Under the pieces are notes generated by a model, which searched no databases, had not been told where the DNA came from, and saw nothing but the letters and a program-made list of their open reading frames with translations. A stretch of 57,008 nt of DNA, counting the filler, from Sphacelaria rigidula (Eukaryota), in NCBI GenBank assembly GCA_964200075.2. It is 4 parts of 4 records of this genome, joined end to end, with 100 filler letters (N's around TTAATTAATTAA, not from the genome) between each part and the next. Parts side by side here need not be neighbours in the genome. Positions count along the whole stretch, not along the records: positions 1 to 14,179 come from CAXNAA020002408.1; positions 14,280 to 28,456 come from CAXNAA020002409.1; 2 more parts are not named here. One strand, 5' to 3'. Every line of letters starts with the position of its first letter. Position 1 is the stretch's first letter. Positions 11,231-25,400 of the stretch are shown here, one piece after another. Made by a program: the position numbers and the translations under genes.

Positions 11231-12597
11231 TTAGAGTGTAATGATTTTGGACTGGCCGTGACCATGGTGGTGATGGTGGGTGTGGCTATTTTTCGTTCCG
11301 CTATGAACTCTAAAGAAGCACAATAATGGTTTTCAGAGTGAGGAGGTGCAGACGGCACTCTGACACTGAAAAACTCGCTCTAGAAAATATCAGAGTGAAG
11401 CGTGCACCGTTACCGCCTATTTTCCCTTCCGCTCTGACTCTCACATGGGGACAAAATTTCTCCAAAACTCTCTAATGAGTGGGTACCTATTACACATCGC
11501 ACATGATGGCATCCATTCTTACAATGTTCTTCCAATGAATACGTTGAATGCGAGCGTGGGGTACTACCCACCGCGATTCCCAAAAACGGCATGTCGTTGT
11601 CTGTTTGCTTTCGGATCATATGTCCAAAGACTAAGTCTTTCGAACGTTAACCTGTTAACCGTCAGGGTTCATTATCTAGGTCACGCAGTAACTTTTCATG
11701 TGAAAATGATACCGATTCCACCGACGGACACCTGCAGTGCTGATTGCCCGTGTGTGGAATCGTCATCATTTATTTTCACTTGTTTTTCGAACGAAAAGGG
11801 TTGAAAAGCTTACTCTCAATCAAATTTAAGACCCTCAATCTGGCGAAGAAGTTGTTTACACCCTTTGGGAACCCCACCCTCCCGTCGCCGGTCCAGACGC
11901 ATCATTAGTTTAAGCTCTCACTAAGAAGAAAATAAACAGCCCGGATTTGTTTTTGAGCTTCAACATTTGTGTGAGGTTCAACGGACCATCGAAATTTCAT
12001 TTGTTTTGTCCAAAAGGCTCGGGAATCGCAACCGGTTTCGACCATGTAACCCTAACCCAGAAGATTCTGCACGGCAGAGTAAGCATGATGCGATAAACAG
12101 TCCACCAGGAAAAATCGCCGTCATCGATTGTGCGGCATCTTTTGAGCAGGACCTGCGTCTAAGCGCTACGGAAGAAGTAACAAAGCATGCTGAAAACATA
12201 CTTCTTTGAGTTTTCGAGCGCCTCTTGTTGAGTATCTGAGAGAGACTTCATACTGTTGCGCCGGCGACGACCGCCGTCAGCGAAACGATCCAATGCGGCG
12301 ACCGACGCCAGCGATCTTTGAAACGTAGCATCATTCAGCAGTCTGCTGAGATATACCATCACCAGAGAAAAGCATCACTACAGTATAGTCGTCAGTTGAA
12401 TAAAATGGATGCCCCACAATAAAGCTGCAGACACTCACAACGGGGTAAGGGTTAGTCTCACGCTTGGGGTTGTTTCGCCAGTAGTGCCCATGCGAGGCGC
12501 TTCATCCAGTCTGAACCAGTTATCACGCCTCGTATGGCCACTTCCGCCGTGGCTGTGTTGAGAACCGGTTTCGCGGTGAGGCTGTCGAACACTACTA
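11231..12597 (-). CDS. Candidate 3' exons of an unknown minus-strand gene (12597-12462, 12345-12202, 11309-11231)
   Basis: Canonical AG/GT sites (donors GTGAG and GTATGT) join in consistent phase into an open frame ...GSDWMKRLAWALLAKQPQARLLNDATFQRSL...ENSKKVHSGTKNSHTHHHHHGHGQSKIITL*. No recognised family. Confidence 0.35.
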
Positions 12598-12934
12598 CTG
12601 TAGTGCAACGCGCTTGCGAAATCCGAGCCGTTTCTTTTTAATGTAGGACCCCATCAGCTGTAGTTTGAATATCCTTCCTGACGGTCCCAACCGGGGTCTG
12701 ATCCAGCGACGGCAAGCGCTAGCACCCTCCCCCTCAGATACGATTTATGACAACCTCGCAGGGTTAGGACTAGTCCCCAGCGGAAGTCCTGCAATAACGG
12801 ATGTTTTTGTTGGAGATCAGTCGTTCATTGTATCTGGTATAAAGCATTCAAGCAAGGACACTTCGATTTTGAACAGGAAAGTATGTACTACGATACCCCT
12901 GAATACTATTCTACATGTTTCATTCCGAGCGATG

Positions 12935-13078
12935 TTCTTGGAATGTAGAGCGGATACAAATATCTCCAGATCCCCAACGTGATGAGCGGTGGCGAGCGAA
13001 AAGAGCCCAAGAAAATCACCAATTACGAAGAAATCACAAAATGCCACAAAATGAATAGTGAGACCGCCCACTACTGTA
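12935..13078. repeat. Dispersed repeat, possibly a Tc1/mariner-like MITE end; second copy at 28818-28960
   Basis: Both copies share GAGCGGATACAAATAT..AGAGCCCAAGAAAATC..AAATCACAAAATGCC..AGACCGCCCACTACTGT. The end reads TACAGTAGTGGG on the minus strand. Confidence 0.65.
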
Positions 13079-14179
13079 TGTATTATGTACAGTATTATGT
13101 ATTGAGCAATGCTCCGAGAGGGGTTGCACTTACTGTTTCTGGGTCTCATTTTTGTAGGAGCCCAAATATATGAGGCTTACTGTGCAACCCAAATCTCCGG
13201 GGACAGGATGTGGAAATGCATACAGGGGCCTTTTCGTGAATCGGCATCATTTTCAGTCTTTTTCAAGTGAAAATGATGCCGATTCTCAAAATGATCCGTG
13301 CAACACCCCGAGAATCATTTTCGCTCAAAAAGTGCAACCCTACCGTAGCATTACTCTATTATGTATTATGTATTGTGTATTATCCAATAAATAAAGTGAT
13401 AGGAAAAAGTAATACAAAAGTAATAAAAAAAAAGTCAACACAAGCAAAGCGCAGATATGCTTACTGTTTTTTGTCGCGAAACGCACGGCAACAAAAGGTA
13501 ACAAAATAATATATAAAAATGGACGAGATGTGGTAGTGTAACTGCAATTCTCAACGAGGAAGTTGTAACGCAGGTATGGGAGGAGAAATTGATTCGGCTC
13601 TTCAAGACTACGGGATCGTCCCAAGGATGTGGGCGGGGGTGAGGATTAAATGCATGTGATAATGTAAATGCATAGTTAAAAAGGATTAATTAAAGATTGT
13701 TTGGGGATGGATTGTTGTATTTTGTTTTTGGACAAGGGAAAGACAATATATTATATGTATGCTTCTGTTCCATAATATATAATATACTATAGATATTATA
13801 TACTATATTATATAGTATATACAGCATATATGTTCCTTACATTATGTATTGTTTATATCAATATACATATATATTGAGGAGCAGAAGCAAATATGCAAAC
13901 CACGCAAAGCCCACCAGACTTTTCGGTTTTTGTTATTGTTTATTAATCAATTTCTTGTAACAAAATTAACAGAAATATCAAAACAGTGTTTAAAAAAACA
14001 GCCTGGATCCGTTTTTGAGGTTCAACATTTTGATGAGTTTCAACTCGAAAACAGTGCTTTCCCTGACCTAAAGTCATGACCAATGAATTTCACATGAACG
14101 ACCTCATGTCCCTCGACCTCCTCGAAACTATTTTTGGGGGTTGCCCGTTTCCTGTGCCCCCAAAGCGTATGTGCGAAAG

Positions 14180-14279
14180 NNNNNNNNNNNNNNNNNNNNN
14201 NNNNNNNNNNNNNNNNNNNNNNNTTAATTAATTAANNNNNNNNNNNNNNNNNNNNNNNNNNNNNNNNNNNNNNNNNNNN
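14180..14279. other. Assembly gap with artificial TTAATTAATTAA six-frame-stop linker
   Basis: N-run, TTAATTAATTAA (14224-14235), N-run. The same linker is at 28501-28512 and 42778-42789. Confidence 0.95.
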
Positions 14280-17200
14280 TTGATACGGCACAAAACTGCT
14301 GTTTGATGATATCATGACGGCGACGAGAATGTCACGTACCCCGTGGTTGTACATACTCCTCGTGCAGCGTAGGCGGGGGCCGTTACTTTGGCATATCCGA
14401 CACAGGCTGTCACTTTCTAGGCTGCGATCTTGCGGCATATCTTTACCTTCGAGGTGTCCGAATTCCCCCTTTCAAGAGAAGATTTCAGGAAGTATCCCAG
14501 GAAGTGCAAAAGCACTTCCTGGGATACCTAAGGAGATGGGGATCCCCATGCACGTTTTGGGGATTTTGTTTTGGGGGGGGAGTGGTATCGCAGCGACCAA
14601 TGAGCGGTCGTTTTCCAAAAAGGGGATTTTGAAGAAGGGGAAAATCCCCTTTAATAAGAAAGGCCCTCATGCCGGTCGTGTGGCAAACACCACCACAGAT
14701 CCCGCCGTCATCCAAGCAAGGACATATCCAACACGTTTCACTCATCTAGCACTCATCAGCCCATGTATGTCGGTTCACACCGATTGCAAGCAGGTTTCAA
14801 TCGTCTATCACCTATTTTCGCTTCCACGAGTAGCAACGTAATTTTCACGCATGTCCCAGGTGTCTTGTGCAAATGATGAGTCAGTCTCCTGCTGCAAGCA
14901 AATGGTGTAGCAGCACTCGTGTTGTCCATCTGCACTTGAATAACTGAGTGAAGCATTTTTTCTATCGTACAAAGGACTGTAGACGCGGAAGTTCCTGGTG
15001 TCAATCTAATGTCCTCCGCCGCCTCGATCATAACCAATGCAACGGGGATACATTAGTTAGCATCTGATATTTGCAAGATCCGTAGTTTTTATTTTATACT
15101 GACAATAGACCGAACGCGTGATTCCGCCGCTTTTTTTTCATCATATTTCAGCCAACATCGCGTGCATATGCCAGCAAGGATATCTCAGCATATGTAGAAG
15201 AAGCGGTACAGGCAACGGTATGTCCTCGCGGGCCGTTACCCTGCCAAACCTTCTCACCGCGTCCACCGTGCACCATGTCAACTGGGCGGTTGAACAGACA
15301 TGAAACGTACAGCTGGTTTTTTCATGTCGGTTACCATATCTAACACAGCAGGCATCCAACGAGAAGGGATATCGTCGGGGCCACCGTGCCAAACCCTCCC
15401 ACCGCTTCCAGTATGCACAGATCCGATGCTTTGAACCCGCCACGATCCTGTAAGGTTGTAGAGGGAACTAAAGAGGTGCAGCTGGTTCTTCATTTGTGTC
15501 ACCCGAGTTGAGTTGCCGCATACCACGGAGTTTATACTTAGTAACCGCTAACTGATCATTCTGCTCGCCTTTCTTCTCCTCTCCTGATAACTTCGTGCCC
15601 CATTTAACACACTCGGAACAAGCAGGCGCGGACCCGCGGGGAGCGCTCAGGGTCATTCAACGTCGGAGACGTGACCATGCCGTTAACAACGACGACCAGG
15701 ACGTCATCCCCCTGGCTACGGCCACCCGCTACTACTATCGCCCCCGGCAGCCGCGCCCCCGCACAACGCGAGAAGGCAGACTTGTCCAAGCTTTTTGCGA
15801 CCCCGGAACCCACCACGAGTTCAATCGCCCGAGTTGTGATAAAGGGGGCTCAGGGTAGTTGTGGTTCTTTCCCGATTTTTTTCGCCTTGTGCGCGTTGTG
15901 TGCGAATTTTTCTCCTGCCGTGGCGGCGCAGTCGGTCGCTGCTTGGGGTGTGGGAAGGGTGGGGTACTGGTGGGTAATGCGCAATGCAGACGTGTCTCGG
16001 CGCCTGCCTGCGGGTTTGGTGGGCTATATGGCCTTGTTTCTGTTCTTGGGAGGACTGTCGTTCTTGAATGGCTTGAAGGCCGTCGCGTTGCTAGCTTAGT
16101 GACAGGTCGGCTTCTTGGGTGGGTCGCCGCTAGCGGAGTTGTCGCCTCGCGCTTTATTGATTTACGTGTTCCCGTCGTTGACCCTACACTACTATCGCCT
16201 TTTCCGGGACTGCCAAGCAGAGAGAGAAGGTCGGACGTTTTGGGATTTCAAGTCGGAGATAACTCTTGAATTTTCGTTTCGACTGCGAAATCTTGGGCCT
16301 TGACGGTGGAGAATCTTGTTCGCCATGAACCAAAAATGTAAGTGACAAGTTGTGCATATATGCCGTCATCAGACAACACGGTTCTTGTTGAGTTTTAGGG
16401 GGTTGCGCTGCTGTTGCCTGAAAATGCAGCTAAATAGATGGTGTGGAATAGCGTTCGAAGGTGTTGTCCTCTCCGGCTCCCAGATGATGGAAAAGTTGAG
16501 AGGAGGGCGTGATAGCATGGCAAAGGGAGTGAAAGTGCTCACAACACGTTGTTTTGAAAACATTGCAGGGCTTGGTATATATAGGGATGATCATGCATAG
16601 AAGAGGAACGATGAACCTGGCCCGATATTAAGTGGTGACTTCCAGTTCTTCATGAGTAAGTAACTGGCAGCGTGCAGATGTGCTGTAGGAAAGTGTTGAT
16701 GCTTGTCGCAGAGGTTGCGTGCTGCCACAAGCCTTGGTTGTGTTCCATCACCCCGCTTCATCATCTGTTTTGGTTTATGTTGGGTGACCTGAGTCCCTTG
16801 AGTTCTTCCCGCCGGTGTGCAAAAAGTTGCGTCCTGACAAAAAAAGGTCACCTTTCAGTTTCCCTCGGGAAAGGGGTGGGACGGTGAATCAGCGAAATGT
16901 TTGATGAATGTCGAAGGTCTGCGGAAATGCAGAGGCAACGCTCGATAAAACATTGCGAGGGAAGTACTGGGGCTGGGGAGGTTGACGGTGACATGTGCGG
17001 GACGGCAGCATGTACGTGTAGAGTAGCGACTACTCCCCCATCGTGACGGCGACATGTACGGGTCCCACCTTCGTAGGCCCGTCTTGTTCCCAGTGTAGGT
17101 TTCGAGTGAAGACAGTGCAGTCTCCGCTGATTTCAACACCAAGCTGTTGGGTTGCGAGAATCCCGTGTTGCAGCTCCGTCGGTAAAATACCGAAACTTCT

Positions 17201-17811
17201 TCCATTTAGGAGGAGTGCATGGATGAGATCTTCGGGTGGAGGTTGAGAACGTGGCACCGGTCTTGCTCGACTGACTCGGCTCACCACGGGATGATGTTTT
17301 GGTTTGGATGCGTACATATTTCATTAGCTATGAATAAGCGGTCGATATGGACGGCTTACAACCATATAATATTTTCTTGTTTTAGTGGTGCTGTAGGTTT
17401 AGTCATCACTGTTCCCAAGTTGTTGCGTCAGTTGTAGTTGTGATGAAACGGTCAGGGTTCCCGGTTGGTCGGTTTTGAGAGGGAGAGACCCCACGTGTTG
17501 TGACACTCTTAACTGTACGAGCTATATATGTTGACCGAGGTGGTTGAGGACAGCGAAGTGACGGACTGTTCTGAAAATAGTATATGTTCACCGCATGTTT
17601 GTCGTGTGTACGCGGGAGTCGCCGAGTTTGTTTACCCCCATTAGTACATAGCAGACGTTTTAGAAACACGGAATACACTGGGAAAAACGGGTAGACGAAC
17701 CCCATATCTGGGATGGTGTGGGTGTGTAACGGGAGATTTGCATGCGAGCCTTGGGCGAAACATTCGTGTTGGCTCGAGCAGATTTTTTTCCACGACGCGT
17801 GCTGGCCGCCG

Positions 17812-18120
17812 CGCTCAGGTAGTGTAATGGTCCGATTGTCACCGTTAGGGTCAAGAGAACATTGGTTCGAATCCCGATGCGTTGGTTTTTTCTTCAAAGT
17901 ATATGATTTCCACCGTCGAAATGAGCGCTCGTACGCGAGTAGGCATGAAATAAAGAAGATACCTGAGTTTGACGAAAGTTGACGGGATGTGGGAGAGCTG
18001 ACCGAATCCGCGAGACCAAAATGTAAGGCGTGTGCCGGGAAAAGATGCGTTGGTCCCCAAAGACTACGGACTCGTCCTGAGGAAGGGGAGGGGTTCAGAG
18101 TGCGACAAATAAAAATCATG
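17812..18120 (+). mobile_element. tRNA-derived SINE-like element
   Basis: Pol III A box TAGTGTAATGG (17820-17830) and B box GGTTCGAATCC (17864-17874), with no intact cloverleaf. 3' end approximate. Confidence 0.5.
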
Positions 18121-18982
18121 TGCGTTTAAAGTATGCACGCGCTCGACCGGCTGCAATTAGGAGGCTGTTTTTTACGGCCTGTTTTGTGCGTGAATAAAGT
18201 CAGATATTGTTACCCCACTTCTTTCCGAATAAAATTATCGTTTGCTTTGACAGTATCGTACTTCTCGGCCAAACAAATGGCTGCTGCTGTATTTTCATTT
18301 CTTTTTGCTTCATTGCTGCCGCCGTGGATGCTTCTTCGCGCCCACGGTATGTATGCAGCAGGACGCATGCCGCATAGTGACTTGGAACGCGTGATCAATT
18401 TCCGTTCGACGATTTTGCTTTCTGCTTCTCTGATTTTCGACGCCCACTCTGTCGTCCCTCGTGGATGAATGGGACGTGTGTGTCGAGAAAAGCACACCGC
18501 TTCCATCCGTACCGGCACATTCGGAAGGAGCACACTGTGTGACCCCGACTGATGCGCTCACATATACCGTGAGGTGTAGATTGGCGTCAAGGATATTAGA
18601 TGGGATGTCAACACCCCGAACAAAACGTTGGAAGACATTTGTACGAACCAAATGTATACGAGTGTGACTATGTGTGTGTGCTGATTTGGCCATCAATACC
18701 ACGGCATCTGTCGGACGAAGTTGTATCAACGCCCCTTTCTTCGCAAAATTCATTGATGACGACGTCGACCCCATCTCTTTTAGTCGCCTACCTTCGAGGA
18801 TTGACCGATTTATGCAACGTCGCGGGACGATTAGTACAGTAGCGTTGAGGGATTGGACACTTGTTATTTTCGCCATAGTCTAGCAAAGACTGGGGCCTTG
18901 TCTACGCACATCGGTTTTCGATCGAAATTGTTCGGTGGAAAACACTAAACCCGATCTGATCGGTCTTGATTTCAACCATCCA

Positions 18983-19438
18983 CAGATGTTTGGCCCACGG
19001 ATTATTCACTTTTTGGACCTTTGATCCACTTTTTGACCCCCAAACGGGGAAAATCGCCAATGCATGTTTTGGACACTTTGAATTACCCCACAGAGGGGAG
19101 CCTCGCCCACTTTTCAGATTCTGCTTGGCTCCAAGGTTTCGACAGCGGCCGCTGAACAATAATAGTCGTGTGCAATAAAATCTACGGCAATCTCCACGGA
19201 TTATTTGGCAAACGGGCGCGGGTCGGCAAGCACATATTTTCGCACACGAATTATTGTTCAGCGGCCAATCTCGAAACCTCGGAGCCAAGCGAATCTGAAA
19301 TGCAGGGGCTCCTCCTCTCTGTGGGGTGATGCACAGTGTCCGACACGTGTGTCGCCGATTTTCCTTGTTAGGGGCTCAAAAATTGGGTTGGACGGGAACG
19401 CGTCTCAAAAGTGAACAATCCGTCGGCCATAGCATCTG
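18983..19438. mobile_element. Palindromic foldback MITE
   Basis: The arms are reverse complements over ~190 bp (GCCGCTGAACAATAAT / ATTATTGTTCAGCGGC; CCCCACAGAG / CTCTGTGGGG; CAGATG / CATCTG). Confidence 0.75.
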
Positions 19439-22400
19439 GCCTAAGGGGGAACAAAAAATAGGGCGCTCGCTTCTCCACATCGTTTCACGGCTTGGTCCAT
19501 AATGTCATTCGAAGATGAGAGGTGAAATTTACACCAAGATCACCTTTTGTCATTTGTACCTTCTTCTCTTTCCCTTTGGTATGCTTTCTAGCGAATCTTG
19601 AGTATTGTTTTTCTTTCACTTCATCCCGATGAACTCGAGCAAGCTGTTTCTCACACACCTGCTTGGAGTCTCGTTTGTTATCTTCAGTTTGGTTGATCGT
19701 TCCTGCTTTGGTATCCAGTGTCGAGTCTCGGAAAAATAATGAGAACCCCATGTATTGTAAGGAACACCGGGGACGATATCGGGAAGACAAACCAACGTCT
19801 ATAACCACGGGTTCGAGAGATCAGAATCATGTGCTGAAATAATAGCGACAGCAAAACATGGAATCCACGGCTCCACCAATCAACCGATGGGGTCATCCAT
19901 CGGTTGAACCGAACTCCACCACCTCGGAGTGGTGCTATGATGGTAGCGGTGAACAAATGTTGTCATGAAGTTCGAAATGTTGAAAACTCACCGTCTCATG
20001 AAAAACTTAGACTCGGGAAAAATATAAGGACATGTTATGATTAGCTTTCAAATGGGCTAGGGACGGTAGCACGAATGAATTCTAAAACGGGAATGTCCTC
20101 ACCCATATTCTTGTGCATCTATATCCCAAGTTGTGGAGCCCCTGAATGACGAAGACCTGGGCTCAATTACGCAACCGTGACTTCTCAGCACGTCAACGGT
20201 CGGTGCGAAGATGTATGTGAGGAGAAAAAAAGGTATTTCGTCGCGAAATCGATCATGTTCGTTTCACCCAACAACGTCGCTCTCCAACACACGCGGTAGG
20301 CCTGATTGATCACAACCGCTCTTGTAAAGATACAAGGAACCTCGTCCTTGTCAAACCAGAATATTATTCCAGCAGTCAATCTGGATTTCCTCCATCCCTT
20401 GAAAAAAAGAAAAACGTGACAGGAAGAGTGCTACTCCCCTTCACTAGTCACTAATACTGAGGGGAATAATGTAAACAGAACAACACATGCGCAGAGGAGC
20501 ACTTCAAGACAGTCAGATGGGTACCTGCAGATATCTCGCATAAACCAAGCGCCACGTGACTCGTGCACGTCAGAAACCACCCTACCCACGGGTACGCTAC
20601 GTCAATACTACGCCCATGTTCATTGGTATCCAAGGGTAAAACAAAAACAAAGACGAGTCAGCATATAGCACTATTGAAATAAAATCAAGCGCCATCTCGC
20701 CATTAGATCCTACTACAGTGTCACAGTGAGATTGCTCGAGAGATCAACAAATTAAGGAGAAAAAAACAGCCTCGCCCTGAAGGTGAAACACACCCCACAT
20801 TCATCGCATAATGCCATCTCTCGCGGTTAAGGCCGGCTTCATGTACGACTAATGATCAGAGGTGGTGGTGAGGGGAAGCTTGAAAGAAACCGAAGGATCG
20901 AAAAAAGACGCCACGTGCTTCTCCACCACAAGGAATTGACTACAAATCCATCGAACCGCCAAAACTCTTGTTATACGACATGAAACTGTACACCGTACAT
21001 CAACATCCGTACGCTGAATAACACCCCTGTCACGCACGGTAGTGTAGAGAGGAAGATGAAAAAAGTCGAACGAATTCTCCAAGTCAGTACGGCACTCTCA
21101 CTGAACGGTATGTGGTGTAGACTACTTTGTACTGCATGCAACAGTTTCTTTTTTTTTTCAACCAACGAGAACGTGTATAAGACAAGGAAAGAGAAAAAAC
21201 AAAGGACACCAAAAGCGCATCGTGGCGGCGATGGGGAGCAATCGACCTACTTTAATTTCCATTCAATTCCTCAGAAGGGCGTCCGACCGTCCACGTATCA
21301 AGAGGGCAACGACGAGGTATGATACAACTACAGTTTTGATACTAGCTACGGGCGACCAGATGTGTAATACCCATACCGGTACTGCGCATATATGTATGAA
21401 TCCACGTATTTGATATTGTCACCCCCTCAGAGGGTCTCGTCCGATTTCTGTAATATTGCGATTTTTGTCGCCATCCACTCATGCTTCGCTTGTGGGCCAA
21501 TCAAACCATAACTACTCCGGCGTCCGTACTGGTACGAGGTGCGTAAACAACAGCAAGACCCAGATCTTCACGTTTTGTAACCGTCAATACGAGATTAAAT
21601 GCCCAAAGAAAGAAAAAAAAAAGAGAATGGGGAAAAACATACAATAGCCATACAGGTTTTCACTCGACGGGATAAAACAGAGGTGAGGTATCCGCGGTTT
21701 CATCTCGCTGGCCACAAAACCAGAACCCTCTTTTAAAAATCTCTATCAACTCATCCACTAAAAAAAAAAAGAGACGACAGTCGAAACCAGAATACCACTA
21801 GAAACTCTGAAGAAACGAGTTTCTCTCTTGTTTCCACTGCACGTCGAAGAGGGGGTTCATCCTGCACGTATAAGATCACCGCCTCATCAACACACAGAGT
21901 GTCTAAGAAACACAAAGCATAAGCGAATTCCCCCCCTTCCCCCTTCCCAAAATAAAGACATCGAAACATGATGAGACAATTAAAAACACGCTGCTTGTAC
22001 CCCCTTCCGTATGGAGAGAATTTTCTGATTCATTAACGTCCGCGCTGGACACTTTCAGGGCCACATAGAAAAATGATGACACCCTGGCGATCCATCCCCT
22101 TCGCAGACAGCAGAGGAGCACACCATATGGTCGAGTCAAGCCCCCTCCCTGTCCAGTTAACAGCAACGAGGATTTCCCATCTTGTCCTGAATGCTTGTTC
22201 GTAAAATGAAACCTCGAAATACCCGACTAGTTTCCCAAAACTCAACAGGGTGTCGAACACCACAATAGTGGCTGAACTTTCCCCTCGCCCCCCCTCCCCC
22301 ACTCATTCCCTGAGCGATCGTAAAGGAGGAAAACATTAAATGAGAGAAGCCGTCACTAAATTCTCTTCGATAGATTTTCTTGACACACGTACGAACTGTT

Positions 22401-25400
22401 GTTCTTCCTCCTCCTATTTTGACCAACACGGACGACATGATGAGAAAATGACGTCGATTTCAAATCAGGTAACCACGAATGATCGATTATTTCTGCTCTG
22501 TGATTCGGCATCTTGTCCCTTCTTCACTTCACTTGACGTTACGAGTAGACGTCTCGAATCAAATATATGAAAAATAGATACAGAAACCCTCCTCTTTCTG
22601 ATCCTCATCTCTCATCATATTGTGAGCAAAGAAACGGAAGAATTGCTGCCCATGCCCAGACAAAAAAACTACACCGCTCAACAGACCACCTCGGGGCCGG
22701 AGAAAGGGTTTTATAATGATGTGCCTAGAAACACATTTCGCCAATATAACAGCGTATCCGTAGGTCCAACCACGGGGGGTTAATACATACATAAGCATAC
22801 ACATACACATACACACCAACACAAGGCAGGTGCTGTTCGAGGTCTACGCAGCCGACGTTCTTGTAACAACCCCTCATGCTCAGAGCTTCCAACCCACAAC
22901 TCTAAAAAAGAAAATAGGAAGAAATTAAAGGGACACAAAACGGCACAGACACATATACGCACATCGAGGAGACGCTTCACCACCAACAGTAGCCATAACA
23001 CAAGGGTATGGTGTTGCCATTCTAATACAAAAAAAACTGACACCGTGGCAACGCTCGCCCCCTAGCTCCGCCTCCCAGAGAGGGCGGAGAGGAGGCGGAG
23101 GAGGGGGGGCAATCGGCTGGCGTGGTTGGTTTTACGCTCCCATCCCGTCTTCCCTATAAGCCTGCTCCACCTGATCGTGAAGGGATAGGAACAAAAACGA
23201 GAAAAGGGGGAAAAAATTAAGCCGACTGATGGTGCGTCAAAACTAATACGAGAGCAGAACAGGATGTTGTAGGCCAGTTCACTCTGTGCACGAGTACTAG
23301 CTATTCATAAGACAAACGGAATAAACCACCCAACCAGGCCACAGCGTTATGGACGGGAAGTGGCCAGGAAAAGGTATCAGGAATAGTCGAGAGGTACAGT
23401 ATATTAAAGGATCAGCAAACTTCATTCACGCTCTGGCTAGAGCGGGCGCCGTTGGCCGGTGATGTGATAATGAAGGGATCGACCACATCAATAGGGGCCG
23501 CGAGTAGCCTCGAAGAGTAACCAGAAGCGACGAAAAATAGTGTTCGAAGGCAAGTTATCTAGGTAACGCAGATCGCGTATATTCCAACATTTTCAAGCAG
23601 TTCAGCACACAAGACAGCTGTGGTGGATTACCCGGTACAACACAGTACCTGATCCAAAAACCCCAACCCAAGGGCGGTCTACATGGTGACCAAACCTGGC
23701 AGGGCTCAGGCACCGATTTGAGCAAGAAACGTATCATTCGCACAACGGGAAGCACAAGAGACTGACCGACAGTTATACCCGGGTATGGCGCCCGATTTTG
23801 GGCACTATATACCGGGAAAATGGACCGACCAACTACGCAGTTAGTTGAATGGAGAATAAATGAAACCTGCACGAGCCAATCAGTATCAATCACAAGTACA
23901 CGCGTCACTCGAAGTGACGACGGCGCTCATACAAAATGTACCAATGCTACAGTACGTTCCACAACACTTGATTGACGTTGCTGTACACCTGTACACAGAA
24001 CAACAGGAGGATAGAAGCTGCTGCTCGTGTTGTTGTTATACCCCTCTCGTTACGGTATGTTGTTGTGCTCATCTTTCAACGCAAATTTCTCAGCAACGAA
24101 GCAAAGGATTGGACTGCGGTTTGATGCGTGCGCTTTCCACACACCAGAACTTTTCAGTGTGGCGGCGGATTCCCGTGACGGGTGCCGCGGAGCCCGCAGC
24201 ACTCTGCAAACCGTCAAAATGTACCAAAAAAACGCGTTTTCTTCTACGTTCTGGGGCTCATTGGATCCGCTGTGGCGAATTGAGCAAATCCGCCGTTTAC
24301 CTGAACATATCCACTGTGTCCGCGGGATGCTGTGAAGTACCACAAGCGGTTTGTTTCCTGTTTTGAGAAAAATGCGATGAAAAAATACAGCTGTCGCATA
24401 CTAGACCTGAATAACTTGGGATGGAGCGTGTGTTTTGTTCGGCAGAGGTTTGGCACAGGTCCGACCAGTCCATGACGTTTCAAAATGCTTCCGCGTTCAT
24501 TTTACTTTTTGTTGGCAACGGAGTTTTGGTCGGACAGGCATTCATTAACGGGCATAAGAGTCCTCGAGAGATCAAGATGTCCCCCTATACTAGAACCGAC
24601 TATCGACCAGTTCGCGTATCAACTACTGCTGAAAGTATACAAGGGTGGTGACTTTCGGGCGATCCAAAAACACATCATCCGCTGAGGAATGGTTCATGAG
24701 AGGATGGCAATAGAGGGAACCCCAGTGTGGTACTTGACGTGTGACTGTGGTGCCAGAAATAGCTCAGGACTCGTTATACCAGTCGCGGGAGAGATACTTA
24801 GCAAACGAGTGCTTCACTGTCCAATGCGGGCATGCCCAAGTTTTTTCTGTCTGCTCCCGCAAATGGTTGGACAGCCACCGTTGGCTCCGGCATGTCCATG
24901 TACAGTAGTCTTGTAGGGCAAGACGAATTTCAACTCCGGGTTTTGATTGACTGCTCGTTTCGTTCGTTTACATGAATGCATACAAGCAAGAAACACCGAA
25001 ATACCATACGATCAAATATCTGACGTGAACACATTTGTGGATCAATGAACAGCAGAAAACGTGTAGTCTTGGATCGTTCACATCACAACCTTTTTTTCTC
25101 GCAAGAGGTTATCGGCTACTCCGATTCTTACCTGTTCCCGCAGAGGTTCGAGCGCTTCTGTTAGCTCCGGAATCATGTCCAGAGTTTTACCGTAGTTGGG
25201 GTTCATTCCGTCTCCATCTCGGTGAACCAGGGTCACGACCAGCGGTGCTAAATTTACGTGTACCAGGCACGCCTGAGGGTAAAACGTGACCGTGTATCGC
25301 AAGCCCCCGATTCCCATCTTCTCCGCCTTGGAGATGAAAAATAAACAGAAAACATGGGGGGAAAATATACAGCCGCCTCAATCAATTGAAATCTCAAAGC

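Noticed and set aside
14224..14235. TTAATTAATTAA palindrome recurring three times (also 28501 and 42778)
   Set aside because: Always embedded in N runs. It is an artificial scaffold linker with stops in all six frames.
19500..23000. Possible decayed element on the minus strand
   Set aside because: No motif, terminal repeat or consistent frame could be identified, so it is left unannotated.
23062..23100. GC-rich hairpin next to CTAG as a Helitron 3' end on the minus strand
   Set aside because: The hairpin abuts CTAG with no spacer, there is no following T, and no Rep/helicase remnant was recognised.
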